DNA of 35,854 bases from a virus (lineage: Duplodnaviria; Caudoviricetes). The first letter of the stretch is position 1. Each line of letters starts with the position of its first letter. Shown here piece by piece: positions 17,537 to 26,215 of the stretch. The stretch is from positions 1 through 35,854 of the IMG/VR virus record IMGVR_UViG_3300020719_000006; one strand, given 5' to 3'. The notes below the pieces were generated by a model. The model had not been told where the DNA came from, ran no database searches, and saw nothing but the letters and a program-made list of their open reading frames with translations. Both the position numbers and the translations under genes were made by a program.

Positions 17537-19240
17537 TTACCCTTGCTGTGCTGGTTGTCCTACATTCTCTAACTCGCCAACATCAAAGTCACACTCAGCA
17601 GCTTCAAGTCGGATTGGTTGATTGTCAGTACATAAGAACTCCCAAGCCCTTCGTCGGTCTGCACCAACTTGGTATATCTGAGGACGTCCATTATTTAAGT
17701 TTACTTGTCTGTAGCTTGACCATGTTTTATAATCATCGCCAGTATGTCTTATATTCATTGTAGCCGGAATCTTATCACCTACAATCTCAATGCGATGATA
17801 AAACTTACGCTTAGTAGTTCCACTATCCATAATAGGGGTTACTGCTCTATAGTAGATTGGAGCACCATTATCATTGTAATATGTGTCAGACATTGTGTAC
17901 AGCGTACCATTGTCATCATCTAGCAAGAAGTATGTCTCACCAACACCAGCAAAATAACTAGGCCGGAAATACTGTTCTGCATATATGCCGTTAACGCCGG
18001 AATCACTATCACCAATAGCCCACATAGTCCACTGATACCACTGCTTCTCATTAAGATCATACACAAGTGTTTGATTAAGATCTGCTAATGTGAGTATGTA
18101 AAAGGTATGTCCATTAATTCGTAATGGATATGCAATCACATCTGTAAGAGTGCTGTTGTTTAGAATACGATCAATGAATGGTGTTGATATCTTTGACGGT
18201 GATACACCCATGATAGAGTATACCGAAGGTCCCTGCTCTTTAGCAGTACCAATCCAGACTGTTGTTTGTTCAAACGAACAGATAGAATCTCCACTAGCAC
18301 ACCCTAATTCAATGTGATATGGTGTGGCAATAGCTAGGGGGGAACCTGGGTATGAGCCAGTATCATAATAGAAGTCTGTTGACCACTGACCAAAAGCTAA
18401 TACATAGTTAAGATGTTTAACAATCCCAACTAACCCATCGGGTTCTGCTTCTGCTGTAATAAAATTAAGGGCATTCCATACTGTAGGGTTATTAGGATCA
18501 GATGTATATATCTCACCATTAGTACCACCAATAACAGTATAAGTATCTAGATAAATAGCACCTGTTGCATAAGGACCTGCAGGGAATCCGTTTAACAAAG
18601 CTGATGCAGTTGCATTAACACCTGGACCACCATCAGTGATAGTGACCACTAACGTATCACTGGAAGTATAACCACTACCAGTATTAGTAATTGTAATACC
18701 AGTAACTACACCACCAGTAAACTGTACAGTTCCAGTAGCTGTTGTTCCACCACCACTAGGTGCTGAAAAGGAAACAGCAGGGGCAGTGTATCCACTACCA
18801 CCTGTAATAATCGTTACAACGGTAATACCATCATCAACGACCTTAGCAAAGACGCCTGTAGCTGGATTGTATGTGTAACCATTTACTTGATTCTGTACAA
18901 ACAAGTATGTGTTGTTAAGTGTGCTATTAAAATAACACTGTTGTACTATACCACCTATAGTACCAGTCATAGTACCAATAGTAGTTACAGCATAAGTTGT
19001 AGGATTAATCTTATATAGAACATTATTCACCGCAGCAAATAACGAACCATTAAAGTTATATAAACCCTGTCCTTGTGCATTAGCAAGTGTTGCACCTGTA
19101 TTTAAAATACCAGGTCGTTTAATAAACTCTCGCTTCTGTCCTACTGTCTCAAAGTAACCATTGACACACTTAGAATCCTTTGCCAAGGTACCATCACGAG
19201 TCTCTATTGGTTGTGCTAAAGGTAGTCTTGCAATTGGCAT
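17537..19240 (-). CDS. Tail hub / packaged-DNA stabilisation protein (P22 gp10-like)
   Basis: N.YFE, KRPG, YLDTY, TAEAEPD, FGQWST.F.Y..G, GCAS..S, ISTPFIDRIL, GHTFYILT, YD.....W..W and G..RRR motifs. Confidence 0.82.
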   Translation of the reverse strand: MPIARLPLAQPIETRDGTLAKDSKCVNGYFETVGQKREFIKRPGILNTGATLANAQGQGLYNFNGSLFAAVNNVLYKINPTTYAVTTIGTMTGTIGGIVQQCYFNSTLNNTYLFVQNQVNGYTYNPATGVFAKVVDDGITVVTIITGGSGYTAPAVSFSAPSGGGTTATGTVQFTGGVVTGITITNTGSGYTSSDTLVVTITDGGPGVNATASALLNGFPAGPYATGAIYLDTYTVIGGTNGEIYTSDPNNPTVWNALNFITAEAEPDGLVGIVKHLNYVLAFGQWSTDFYYDTGSYPGSPLAIATPYHIELGCASGDSICSFEQTTVWIGTAKEQGPSVYSIMGVSPSKISTPFIDRILNNSTLTDVIAYPLRINGHTFYILTLADLNQTLVYDLNEKQWYQWTMWAIGDSDSGVNGIYAEQYFRPSYFAGVGETYFLLDDDNGTLYTMSDTYYNDNGAPIYYRAVTPIMDSGTTKRKFYHRIEIVGDKIPATMNIRHTGDDYKTWSSYRQVNLNNGRPQIYQVGADRRRAWEFLCTDNQPIRLEAAECDFDVGELENVGQPAQQG

Positions 19241-19249
19241 AGTATCCTA

Positions 19250-19999
19250 TTATGGTATGTTGTTAGAAGATGGTCTACCCATTCTCATGTCAGGTTGGAA
19301 GAATGTAGAGTACGACTCAACATCCCATCCTTCTAATTCTTCTTTGTACATTTTAGCACGCACAGCAATCTCTTGACGATGATTACCTGGCACACTATAT
19401 TCAATAGCTAGTTGGTCAGCAAGGTTCCATACCAATACATTCATCCACTCAGTGGGAAAGTCTGGAATAGCTTGTGCTGTATTAATGTCAGCCATTGGTT
19501 GTTGGCAAACAAAGTGTAGTTCAAATGTAGCAGCTGCATTACTGTCAGGTGTTACATACAAATACATGTTACCAGTATTTTGTCTTACTTCATAAAACAA
19601 ACTGTTAGGAGTTCCAGTACTGAACTTAGAGCCTAACATGTTGTATTCTTGTTTACTTAATAACTGTATCTGCACATCATCAATAGCTGGACTAACAGTG
19701 TTGTTACGTAACCAACCCTGAATAACTTTAAGAGGTTTGTCAGTATTAAGATCTACAGCACCTGTACTAGATGGACCAATAACATACTCAGTCTGTCCAG
19801 CAACAAGTGGTAATATTAATTCGTTAGTCTTCCATATCTTTAAACCAGATGTTGCCATCTGTTTAATAAATAAGTTAAGAGCTAGTGATGCATTAGCTAC
19901 TGTAGCTGCATCAGGAGTGTCGCCAAGTTCCAATACACCAAGTTTGCGTAATGCTAACTGGATAATCTGATCACGGCTTACTGTAAAGGTTGTAGACAT
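19250..19999 (-). CDS. Head-to-tail adaptor (P22 gp4 / T7 gp11-like)
   Basis: II..ALRKLGV...G.TP......A...LN, Y..P and FP.EW...L..NLA..LA.EY; directly upstream of the gp10-like gene. Confidence 0.8.
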   Translation of the reverse strand: MSTTFTVSRDQIIQLALRKLGVLELGDTPDAATVANASLALNLFIKQMATSGLKIWKTNELILPLVAGQTEYVIGPSSTGAVDLNTDKPLKVIQGWLRNNTVSPAIDDVQIQLLSKQEYNMLGSKFSTGTPNSLFYEVRQNTGNMYLYVTPDSNAAATFELHFVCQQPMADINTAQAIPDFPTEWMNVLVWNLADQLAIEYSVPGNHRQEIAVRAKMYKEELEGWDVESYSTFFQPDMRMGRPSSNNIP

Positions 20000-20230
20000 C
20001 TAGCCTCCAAATAATAGTTTAATTGAACGATCAAGACCAAGAGACTGTGTTACAACAACAGCAAGAGCTCCAATGGCAATATACTTAATCTGTGCTAGAT
20101 TCTTTTCTATACTTGCCATGGCTTTTGACAGATCAGTAGCAGACTTGCGAAGCTCTTTAATATCATCTTCATGGTTGTCTGTTTTAATCTCCAGACGTAC
20201 TACTCTATTTTCTAGAGCTTCATTAATCAT
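20000..20230 (-). CDS. Small coiled-coil protein with C-terminal TM helix (XhlA-like architecture)
   Basis: RV.RLE...coiled coil followed by YIAIGALAVVV. Confidence 0.6.
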   Translation of the reverse strand: MINEALENRVVRLEIKTDNHEDDIKELRKSATDLSKAMASIEKNLAQIKYIAIGALAVVVTQSLGLDRSIKLLFGG

Positions 20231-20231
20231 A

Positions 20232-20291
20232 TTAGCCCACCAAAGCCTTTACTTCATCTTCGGAAAGACCAAGTGCTGTTAGTTTAGCCAT
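20232..20291 (-). pseudogene. 19-aa relic resembling the C-terminus of a fibre-associated chaperone
   Basis: MAKLTALGLSEDEVKALVG*, coupled to the upstream ORF by TAATG. Confidence 0.5.
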
Positions 20292-20428
20292 TACGCACCT
20301 ACTCTTTGATTAGTTTGTTGTGCTTGATAAGCGGTAATGACTTCAGGTGTCCATGCTAATTTGCAATGGTCTTGTACTGAATTATTAGGAAAAGTTATCC
20401 CAGCACTTCCGTCAATTATTGTGGTCAT
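20291..20428 (-). pseudogene. 45-aa chimeric relic (fibre-like N-terminus fused to chaperone-like C-terminus)
   Basis: MTTIIDGSAGITFPNNSVQ|DHCKLAWTPEVITAYQAQ...*, with ATGA coupling to the upstream ORF. Confidence 0.5.
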
Positions 20429-20583
20429 ACTATGTCCTCTGCTGGCAATGGTGTGTTGCCTTCTTCAAGCCATTTAGTTACCTCAACATCAATTAATAAA
20501 CGAGATTGCAACCCATCAAGATTAACAATTCCGATAATATTGCCTTTAAAATCTTTATAGTATTTCCAATTAGAAAAGCTCAT
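20425..20583 (-). CDS. Small tail-fibre assembly / chaperone-like protein (52 aa)
   Basis: Ends ...KWLEEGNTPLPAE; ATGA overlap with the fibre stop. Confidence 0.65.
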   Translation of the reverse strand: MSFSNWKYYKDFKGNIIGIVNLDGLQSRLLIDVEVTKWLEEGNTPLPAEDIV

Positions 20584-22085
20584 AATTCGCATCCAGTAAA
20601 TTGAATTGTCTGAGATGATGAAGCAAACAGACATGACGCACTACCAGCCACAAGACCAGTAGCAGTCGTTGTACTTAAAGTGCATCCTGTTACTGTTCCA
20701 GTGTTAATTTGCAGTGTTCCTGTTCCAGCTCCACCGGCATTACATAACTGAATGGTTCCTGATGCAACAATCCCAGTAGGATTGGTCCTTGCTTGCACTA
20801 AAAAAGGAATATAGCAAATTGCAACTGTCGAACTGAATGCTTGACCTGTGTAAGAATATGCGCCTCCAGGAATTTGAATAACTGGCAAATACCTCTGACA
20901 CAGGGCTAACTCTTGACCATACTGACGATACTCATATCCAGTAGCACTACTTCCTACTTCTAGTTGAACACCAGTAATGTAAAAGGTTGCACCGCTTGTT
21001 CCTACTAAATTTGTTTGCCCTGTTGCGCCTGTATAAGGAGTGCTAGACCAAGAACCTGCCGTTCCATTTTGACCTGTGCCACTTCCCAAAGAAAACAATA
21101 CTTGCATACCGATACCATTGGTAGTTAACCAAGTTCCAGCAGTATCTCCAGCTACAGTTAAGCTAATTTGTGTCCAAGTATTAGCTACTGGGATTGAATA
21201 GGTATATGGGTAACATCTTGTTGAACCAGAGTTATTAATTACACCGCCAAAAGTTCCAGTTAATGAACTGCGAACCCAAAAACTAAGGGTAATTGTTTTT
21301 GCTGTGCTTTTACCAAAATCTAAATCTGCCGTATTAAAACCTTCAATATTTTGAAGTAATGTGTATTGTTCATTAGATGGAACAGAATAAGCAGACAAAG
21401 AAGTTATGCCAAGATAATTAGTAAATCCTGCTGGAGTAGTTACTGAACCAGCATTTTGTTGAACACTAAACTTTGAAGCAGTTGAGTAAACTGTATTCCA
21501 TCTATCCAAAGTGTAAGAGGAATATAAAACACTAGGAGTAACACTAGCACCACTATTTCTTTGGTCTATTACCATGCTTCCATTGATAATGCGATTCTTT
21601 AATAAAGATGAATTACCTTGTCCAATAGCTACACTTTGAGTAGACAAACCTAAATCTAATGTATTGGCTTTAACGCTTGACCTTGTTGTAGAACCTATAG
21701 GACTATTATCAATAGAACCACCAGTTGCTATTAAATTACTAAATGTATTAGCGCCACTAAATGTATTAGCGCCATCTAATTGTGGAAAATCATTAAGAAC
21801 TACTGCAGGAAGACGTAATTCAACTTTATCCCCAGAACTAAAAGCAGATGCTGTTGTGCCATCTTGAGCACGTACAATAGTCATTGTATCAACAGAACGT
21901 GCTGTTACTTTTACAATCTCAATAGGAGAACCTGATGCACCTTGTAAAGTAATATAAAATATGTTTGAGCCTGTAATTGTCGGAAATAAAGACCCTTGCC
22001 CAGACAATACTGTTAAGGAAGTTGCTCCACTGGTAATAGAAGATGCTAATGAAGTAGATGCGTTGTTTGTAAAAAGTATAGTCAT
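20580..22085 (-). CDS. Tail fibre / receptor-binding protein
   Basis: N-terminal FTNNA...EIVKVTAR....TIVRAQDGT anchor, then NRIING.M.IDQR, DRW, TLSFWVRS, GVQLE.GS.AT and ELALCQRY (carbohydrate-binding-like module). Confidence 0.82.
   Translation of the reverse strand: MTILFTNNASTSLASSITSGATSLTVLSGQGSLFPTITGSNIFYITLQGASGSPIEIVKVTARSVDTMTIVRAQDGTTASAFSSGDKVELRLPAVVLNDFPQLDGANTFSGANTFSNLIATGGSIDNSPIGSTTRSSVKANTLDLGLSTQSVAIGQGNSSLLKNRIINGSMVIDQRNSGASVTPSVLYSSYTLDRWNTVYSTASKFSVQQNAGSVTTPAGFTNYLGITSLSAYSVPSNEQYTLLQNIEGFNTADLDFGKSTAKTITLSFWVRSSLTGTFGGVINNSGSTRCYPYTYSIPVANTWTQISLTVAGDTAGTWLTTNGIGMQVLFSLGSGTGQNGTAGSWSSTPYTGATGQTNLVGTSGATFYITGVQLEVGSSATGYEYRQYGQELALCQRYLPVIQIPGGAYSYTGQAFSSTVAICYIPFLVQARTNPTGIVASGTIQLCNAGGAGTGTLQINTGTVTGCTLSTTTATGLVAGSASCLFASSSQTIQFTGCEL
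21738..21773. repeat. Perfect 18-bp tandem duplication within the fibre gene (GANTFS x2)
   Basis: ACTAAATGTATTAGCGCC occurs twice in direct succession. Confidence 0.9.
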
Positions 22086-22088
22086 GTA

Positions 22089-22460
22089 CTATCCTAAAGT
22101 AGTGCTATTAATAGTAAAACCATTAATAAGTTTTTTATTGATAAGTCGTCCAGTTGCTATAATAATAGAAAAACTAGCTGTAGCAGTGCTATAAAATAAT
22201 GGAACGATAGGCTGTCCATTATTATCATATATAATTGTTACTGGAATAAAACTATCGGATTGCTCTGGTCTAGTAAATGGCGGTGCTTGGTAGTCCGCCA
22301 CACCCCTTACAAAGTCTTGTGGTTGCCTAGGTTCCCAGCATTGCTCATCAACCATGAAACCATCCCAGCGTTGACGAAGCTCACCCGCTTTAACAAGACG
22401 ACCGCACGACTCGCAAATGCAATTCCAACTACCCCTGACATAGTTTGATTGATAACTCAT
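22089..22460 (-). CDS. Conserved-looking small virion-module protein with CxxC
   Basis: WNCICESCG...K...L...WDG..V...CWEPRQPQDFVRG. Confidence 0.7.
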   Translation of the reverse strand: MSYQSNYVRGSWNCICESCGRLVKAGELRQRWDGFMVDEQCWEPRQPQDFVRGVADYQAPPFTRPEQSDSFIPVTIIYDNNGQPIVPLFYSTATASFSIIIATGRLINKKLINGFTINSTTLG

Positions 22461-22463
22461 AGG

Positions 22464-22775
22464 TTACACCAAACTAGCATCGTATACTGGAAGATCACCA
22501 ACCCCAACATACGTATTACCTTGTGATGTTGTAATAGTCATTTCAAGACGGTACGTAACTTCACTAATGCCATTAGCTACTCTCTGTGATGCTGTCTTGT
22601 TAACAACAACCGGAGCACCAATTAAGATAGTGGATGGTGTAGGATCAACACCATTCATAACAATAACAGAACACGATGAAGTTGAAATAGTCTCGGAAGG
22701 TGAAAGTACCTGGGAGAAGTCGAAAGTAAATAACTCGGACTCTGTAGTAATCTTATATGAAAAACTATCAGCCAT
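22464..22775 (-). CDS. Small beta-rich virion structural protein
   Basis: K...E.....FDF...L...ETI...Y.L.....TS.G pattern; structural operon context. Confidence 0.65.
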   Translation of the reverse strand: MADSFSYKITTESELFTFDFSQVLSPSETISTSSCSVIVMNGVDPTPSTILIGAPVVVNKTASQRVANGISEVTYRLEMTITTSQGNTYVGVGDLPVYDASLV

Positions 22776-23718
22776 TTGGATTCCTAAATAATAATATGAT
22801 ACGTGATTTAATAATAGATAATGATCTTTGTGCCGATCGAACTACGCTAGTAGTATTTTTAGCAATACTAATTAATCGTTCTTTGGGCTGTACAATAAAG
22901 GTATATTTAGCTATAGCACCAAACTTCTTAACAAACTCAGCTACTAAACTAAATAGTACAATAACATTAAGTGCAATTAATTTATTCATTGCTTTAACTA
23001 TTGTTGCTACGCTAGTAGTTAGTGTTGATAAGTTCATAGATAATCCTTTATACATATTAGGTACTATAGTACTTGCGATTGTTAGAAATCTATAAAAGAA
23101 GAAATGTACAACAATTGAAATTGTACTAGTTACTGCTTTGGTAATAATCTTATTTATTGTGTTAGATAAAGTAACGGCACTTGTTGTCAGTGAGGTTAAT
23201 AACTTCCCCACTCTATTAACTAATATACTTATGTTAGTAACTGCTAATGATATAGTCTTTGCTATACCACGCTTAATAGATGTAGACCCAGTTACTGAAG
23301 CTGTAATAGTTAAAAAGTGAGAAGCGAGTTCTACAATAAGAACTGCAACATGTTCACTGATAGTGCTAAATACTTTACCAATTAATCTTTGTATATAAAC
23401 AGCAGATGTTAATGTTGCTATTAATATTTTATTAGGTAACCTTATTAATGTGGTTGTTATACTACTTAATATAGTTTTAGTAATACTAATTGCCTTAGCA
23501 ATACTTATACTACCGGTTGAATTAATTGATAGTGTTCTAAGTAATCTTAGTATCCTAGAAATATTAGGAGTACCTGTTGCAAGGAGAGAGATACCTCTAC
23601 CAACGCTTTTAACGATGGTAGAAGCACTCGAGGATAGGGACGAAAGAACCTGTTTAAAGGTATTTGAATCCGCACCGTTTAGTACCACCTTATTGATGGA
23701 ACTTCCGTTTAAAGCCAT
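22768..23718 (-). CDS. Low-complexity repeat protein (about 18-aa period), putative fibre
   Basis: 316 aa, S/T/I/L/K-rich with very few acidic residues; packed between neighbours. Confidence 0.65.
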   Translation of the reverse strand: MALNGSSINKVVLNGADSNTFKQVLSSLSSSASTIVKSVGRGISLLATGTPNISRILRLLRTLSINSTGSISIAKAISITKTILSSITTTLIRLPNKILIATLTSAVYIQRLIGKVFSTISEHVAVLIVELASHFLTITASVTGSTSIKRGIAKTISLAVTNISILVNRVGKLLTSLTTSAVTLSNTINKIITKAVTSTISIVVHFFFYRFLTIASTIVPNMYKGLSMNLSTLTTSVATIVKAMNKLIALNVIVLFSLVAEFVKKFGAIAKYTFIVQPKERLISIAKNTTSVVRSAQRSLSIIKSRIILLFRNPNG

Positions 23719-23720
23719 AA

Positions 23721-24086
23721 TTAACTAAACTGAACTTTAAATGTAAACTGAATTGCATCTCCAGTGTTTAAAGCAATACCAGTAAAGTCTCCTTTGACAA
23801 ATAAATTGCCAGAGGTTGAAGCATCAAACAAACCAGCATTAGTAACAGTAATACCGGAACCGGCAGTGTCTGTACCTACGACTTGGAATGTATCATTTGT
23901 GGTAGACGTTGTTTGTTGAGTAACAGTACCGCTTACACGGGAACCATTTTCAGTAAACAAAGTCGTATCAGTTGCACCAGTCGTACCTGCGCCAGTTCCC
24001 CAAGCAACATAGCTGGGAGTGGTACCACCACCATTAAGGCGGCTAGTAACGATGGCACGTCCTGTATTAACTAAGAGTGTAGCCAT
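23721..24086 (-). CDS. Small virion structural protein
   Basis: GGAG upstream; YVAWGTG...DT.L..E and AGLFDA...GNL motifs. Confidence 0.72.
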   Translation of the reverse strand: MATLLVNTGRAIVTSRLNGGGTTPSYVAWGTGAGTTGATDTTLFTENGSRVSGTVTQQTTSTTNDTFQVVGTDTAGSGITVTNAGLFDASTSGNLFVKGDFTGIALNTGDAIQFTFKVQFS

Positions 24087-24226
24087 TTTTTAATTCTCCA
24101 AATAAAACGTTTGATTGGGTTTTTGTGCCAATAATCTATAACGCCTAATTCAACTACAGTACCATCCGCACGGATAACCGTAGCGGATAGGTGTAGTTCT
24201 TTAGCGTTGCTATTTGCAACCTGCAT
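24071..24226 (-). CDS. Small hypothetical protein (51 aa), not in the ORF track
   Basis: MQVANSNAKELHLSATVIRADGTVVELGVIDYWHKNPIKRFIWRIKKWLHS; fills the gap exactly. Confidence 0.6.
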   Translation of the reverse strand: MQVANSNAKELHLSATVIRADGTVVELGVIDYWHKNPIKRFIWRIKKWLHS

Positions 24227-24228
24227 TA

Positions 24229-24852
24229 CTAAACGCCTTGTTTAACCAGTTCAAGTACTACGGAGAACACCAAAGGTGTTGTTCCTAATGTAGTATTATA
24301 TCCAGTAGTTGTTAAAGCAATACGACCTGTAGGACTAGGTGCATTGTTTTGTAAACCACCAAAGTTCCAGAAGCTCATCTTACCTCGACCAGCTACAGGG
24401 ATAATATCTACTTGAGTACTACCATCCCAAAGCAATCTAACTTCTAGTGGATCAGAAATAGAATAATCAAGATGATCAATTCTAAATCCTGTAGGAAGCA
24501 AAGCATAGTTAATTGGATCAACAATAATAATACTACCAGCTACTAATGAGAAAGTTAATGAACTACCAGTTGCAGTAGCAGCTACGTTCATTGTTACTTG
24601 TGTTGTACTGTTTACAACAGCAACATAAGCATTCGCAGGTATACCAGTACCTGTAACACCCTGACCAACAGTTGGTGTTAAACCACCAGCGGTGAATGTA
24701 ATAACTTTAGAGTTAATAGTAGTAGCACCAGATGAAGCAGTACCTAATGTGCCAGAAGCAGCTATGTTAGATGTATCTAATACTCCAGTAACTTTAACGA
24801 CGGCATTTCGATTACCGTCCATAATAATTTGAGTGTTAACGACGTTAGCCAT
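24229..24852 (-). CDS. Virion structural protein
   Basis: AAGGAG upstream; QII.DG.RN.VVK, beta-rich and T/G-rich. Confidence 0.72.
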   Translation of the reverse strand: MANVVNTQIIMDGNRNAVVKVTGVLDTSNIAASGTLGTASSGATTINSKVITFTAGGLTPTVGQGVTGTGIPANAYVAVVNSTTQVTMNVAATATGSSLTFSLVAGSIIIVDPINYALLPTGFRIDHLDYSISDPLEVRLLWDGSTQVDIIPVAGRGKMSFWNFGGLQNNAPSPTGRIALTTTGYNTTLGTTPLVFSVVLELVKQGV

Positions 24853-24854
24853 TG

Positions 24855-24998
24855 TTATTCTCCTTGTGCAGGATTAGTAGGCGGAGTCTCTAAATCTGTG
24901 TCTGAATAAACTACATAAGTACCATCATAAGAAACAATAACAGTGGGTTCAGCCACTGCTTGTGCTTCTTCTAATGTTGTATAAGATTGAATAGTCAT
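24855..24998 (-). CDS. Small hypothetical protein (47 aa), not in the ORF track
   Basis: MTIQSYTTLEEAQAVAEPTVIVSYDGTYVVYSD...; fills the gap exactly. Confidence 0.55.
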   Translation of the reverse strand: MTIQSYTTLEEAQAVAEPTVIVSYDGTYVVYSDTDLETPPTNPAQGE

Positions 24999-24999
24999 A

Positions 25000-26127
25000 T
25001 TAGTTTAACTCAGATCCAATGTTAACTTCTTCAACATACATGACACGGTTGTTTGCAGTAGTACCGACAATACCAAAGTCTAATTGAACTGGTACTTGTG
25101 GAAGAGCTACATATACATCACCAGTGTATGGTTGTACTGGAGCAACGCTAGTGCTTAATGTTGTACCAGAAAAGTTAAAGCTATTAACACCTAAGGTTGC
25201 TACGTTGTATGTAGAACCAGGAGTTGCTACAGTTGTACCATCTTTGCCGATTGTTAAAACTGTAAAGCCGTTAACACCAACATACATTGTACCTTTACCA
25301 TTGTAATAAAATTGGAAATTAATCCAAGGCATTAAGTCAATAGAGAATGTACCGGCAGTATAGCCAGATCCAGCAGCAGTAAGATAAGGAGCAGCCAAAC
25401 TATAACCAGCAGCAGGACCATCACCAGGTTGACCTGTTGGAGCAGCATCTACTTGTACATAAGCCTGTGCACCAGAACCACCAGTACCATTAACTACAGC
25501 TAAAGGAGCTACACGATAGCCAGCACCAGCAGAGTTAATAGCAATAGAACTAAGGGTTGTACCTGTAGTATTAACAGTGAGTGAACCTGGAGTTGCAAAC
25601 TGTGAACCATAAAAACCTGTTGGGTTAGCCAAGTCCGCTACGTTTTGGAAAGTAGTTGCTGTACCGGCTTTAAGGATTACAAAGTTAACTGTTGAGCCAC
25701 CAGCTGGTTTAACAAAGTAAACACCATTCGAAGCTGCAGTAGGATCAACGTTATCAAAAAAACCAGAATAGATGTTTGCATCAGTTGATGGGTTTGTTTG
25801 ACCAGCAATAGGAGCCGTCATACGAACATCATGCCATACTTGGTTGCCTGGAATAAATTGTAAACTATTTGCACCAAGAGCTTCAATACTCTTGTATGGG
25901 GTTGTAGAACCGCTAGTCACTTTAACAGCACCACAATTCCAACTAAAAGCAGCAGCAGTTGCGCCGGTACCACCAGTTGTTGCAGTGTAGTCAGTTGACT
26001 GACGGAAAGGAATAAAGTCATCGCCCTTGTTCACTTGATATTGTGAAGGGACGGTAGGGAAAGTATTTACAATGCTCTTAACTGGAAATGTAGAAATACC
26101 AGATATGAAGCGGGTTGGATTAGCCAT
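25000..26127 (-). CDS. Virion structural protein (capsid decoration / fibre-like)
   Basis: AAGGA upstream; PTRF..G N-terminus, DDF, T/G/A-rich with G.GY repeats; directly after the capsid gene. Confidence 0.7.
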   Translation of the reverse strand: MANPTRFISGISTFPVKSIVNTFPTVPSQYQVNKGDDFIPFRQSTDYTATTGGTGATAAAFSWNCGAVKVTSGSTTPYKSIEALGANSLQFIPGNQVWHDVRMTAPIAGQTNPSTDANIYSGFFDNVDPTAASNGVYFVKPAGGSTVNFVILKAGTATTFQNVADLANPTGFYGSQFATPGSLTVNTTGTTLSSIAINSAGAGYRVAPLAVVNGTGGSGAQAYVQVDAAPTGQPGDGPAAGYSLAAPYLTAAGSGYTAGTFSIDLMPWINFQFYYNGKGTMYVGVNGFTVLTIGKDGTTVATPGSTYNVATLGVNSFNFSGTTLSTSVAPVQPYTGDVYVALPQVPVQLDFGIVGTTANNRVMYVEEVNIGSELN

Positions 26128-26182
26128 TATAGGTTCCTTTAGTTAGCTTTGAGATAAATCAACGGTAGATCAATACCGCTAT

Positions 26183-26210
26183 TAGAAGAGAAGGGGGCTT
26201 GCGCCCCCTA
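26183..26210 (-). terminator. Hairpin terminator or attenuator after the major capsid gene
   Basis: On the - strand: AGGGGGC-GCAA-GCCCCCT followed by TCTCTTCT (weak U-tract). Confidence 0.7.
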
Positions 26211-26215
26211 CTTTA

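Noticed and set aside
20580-22085. Diversity-generating retroelement or invertible fibre cassette
   Set aside because: No reverse transcriptase, recombinase, or adenine-variable template/variable repeat pair seen in the window.
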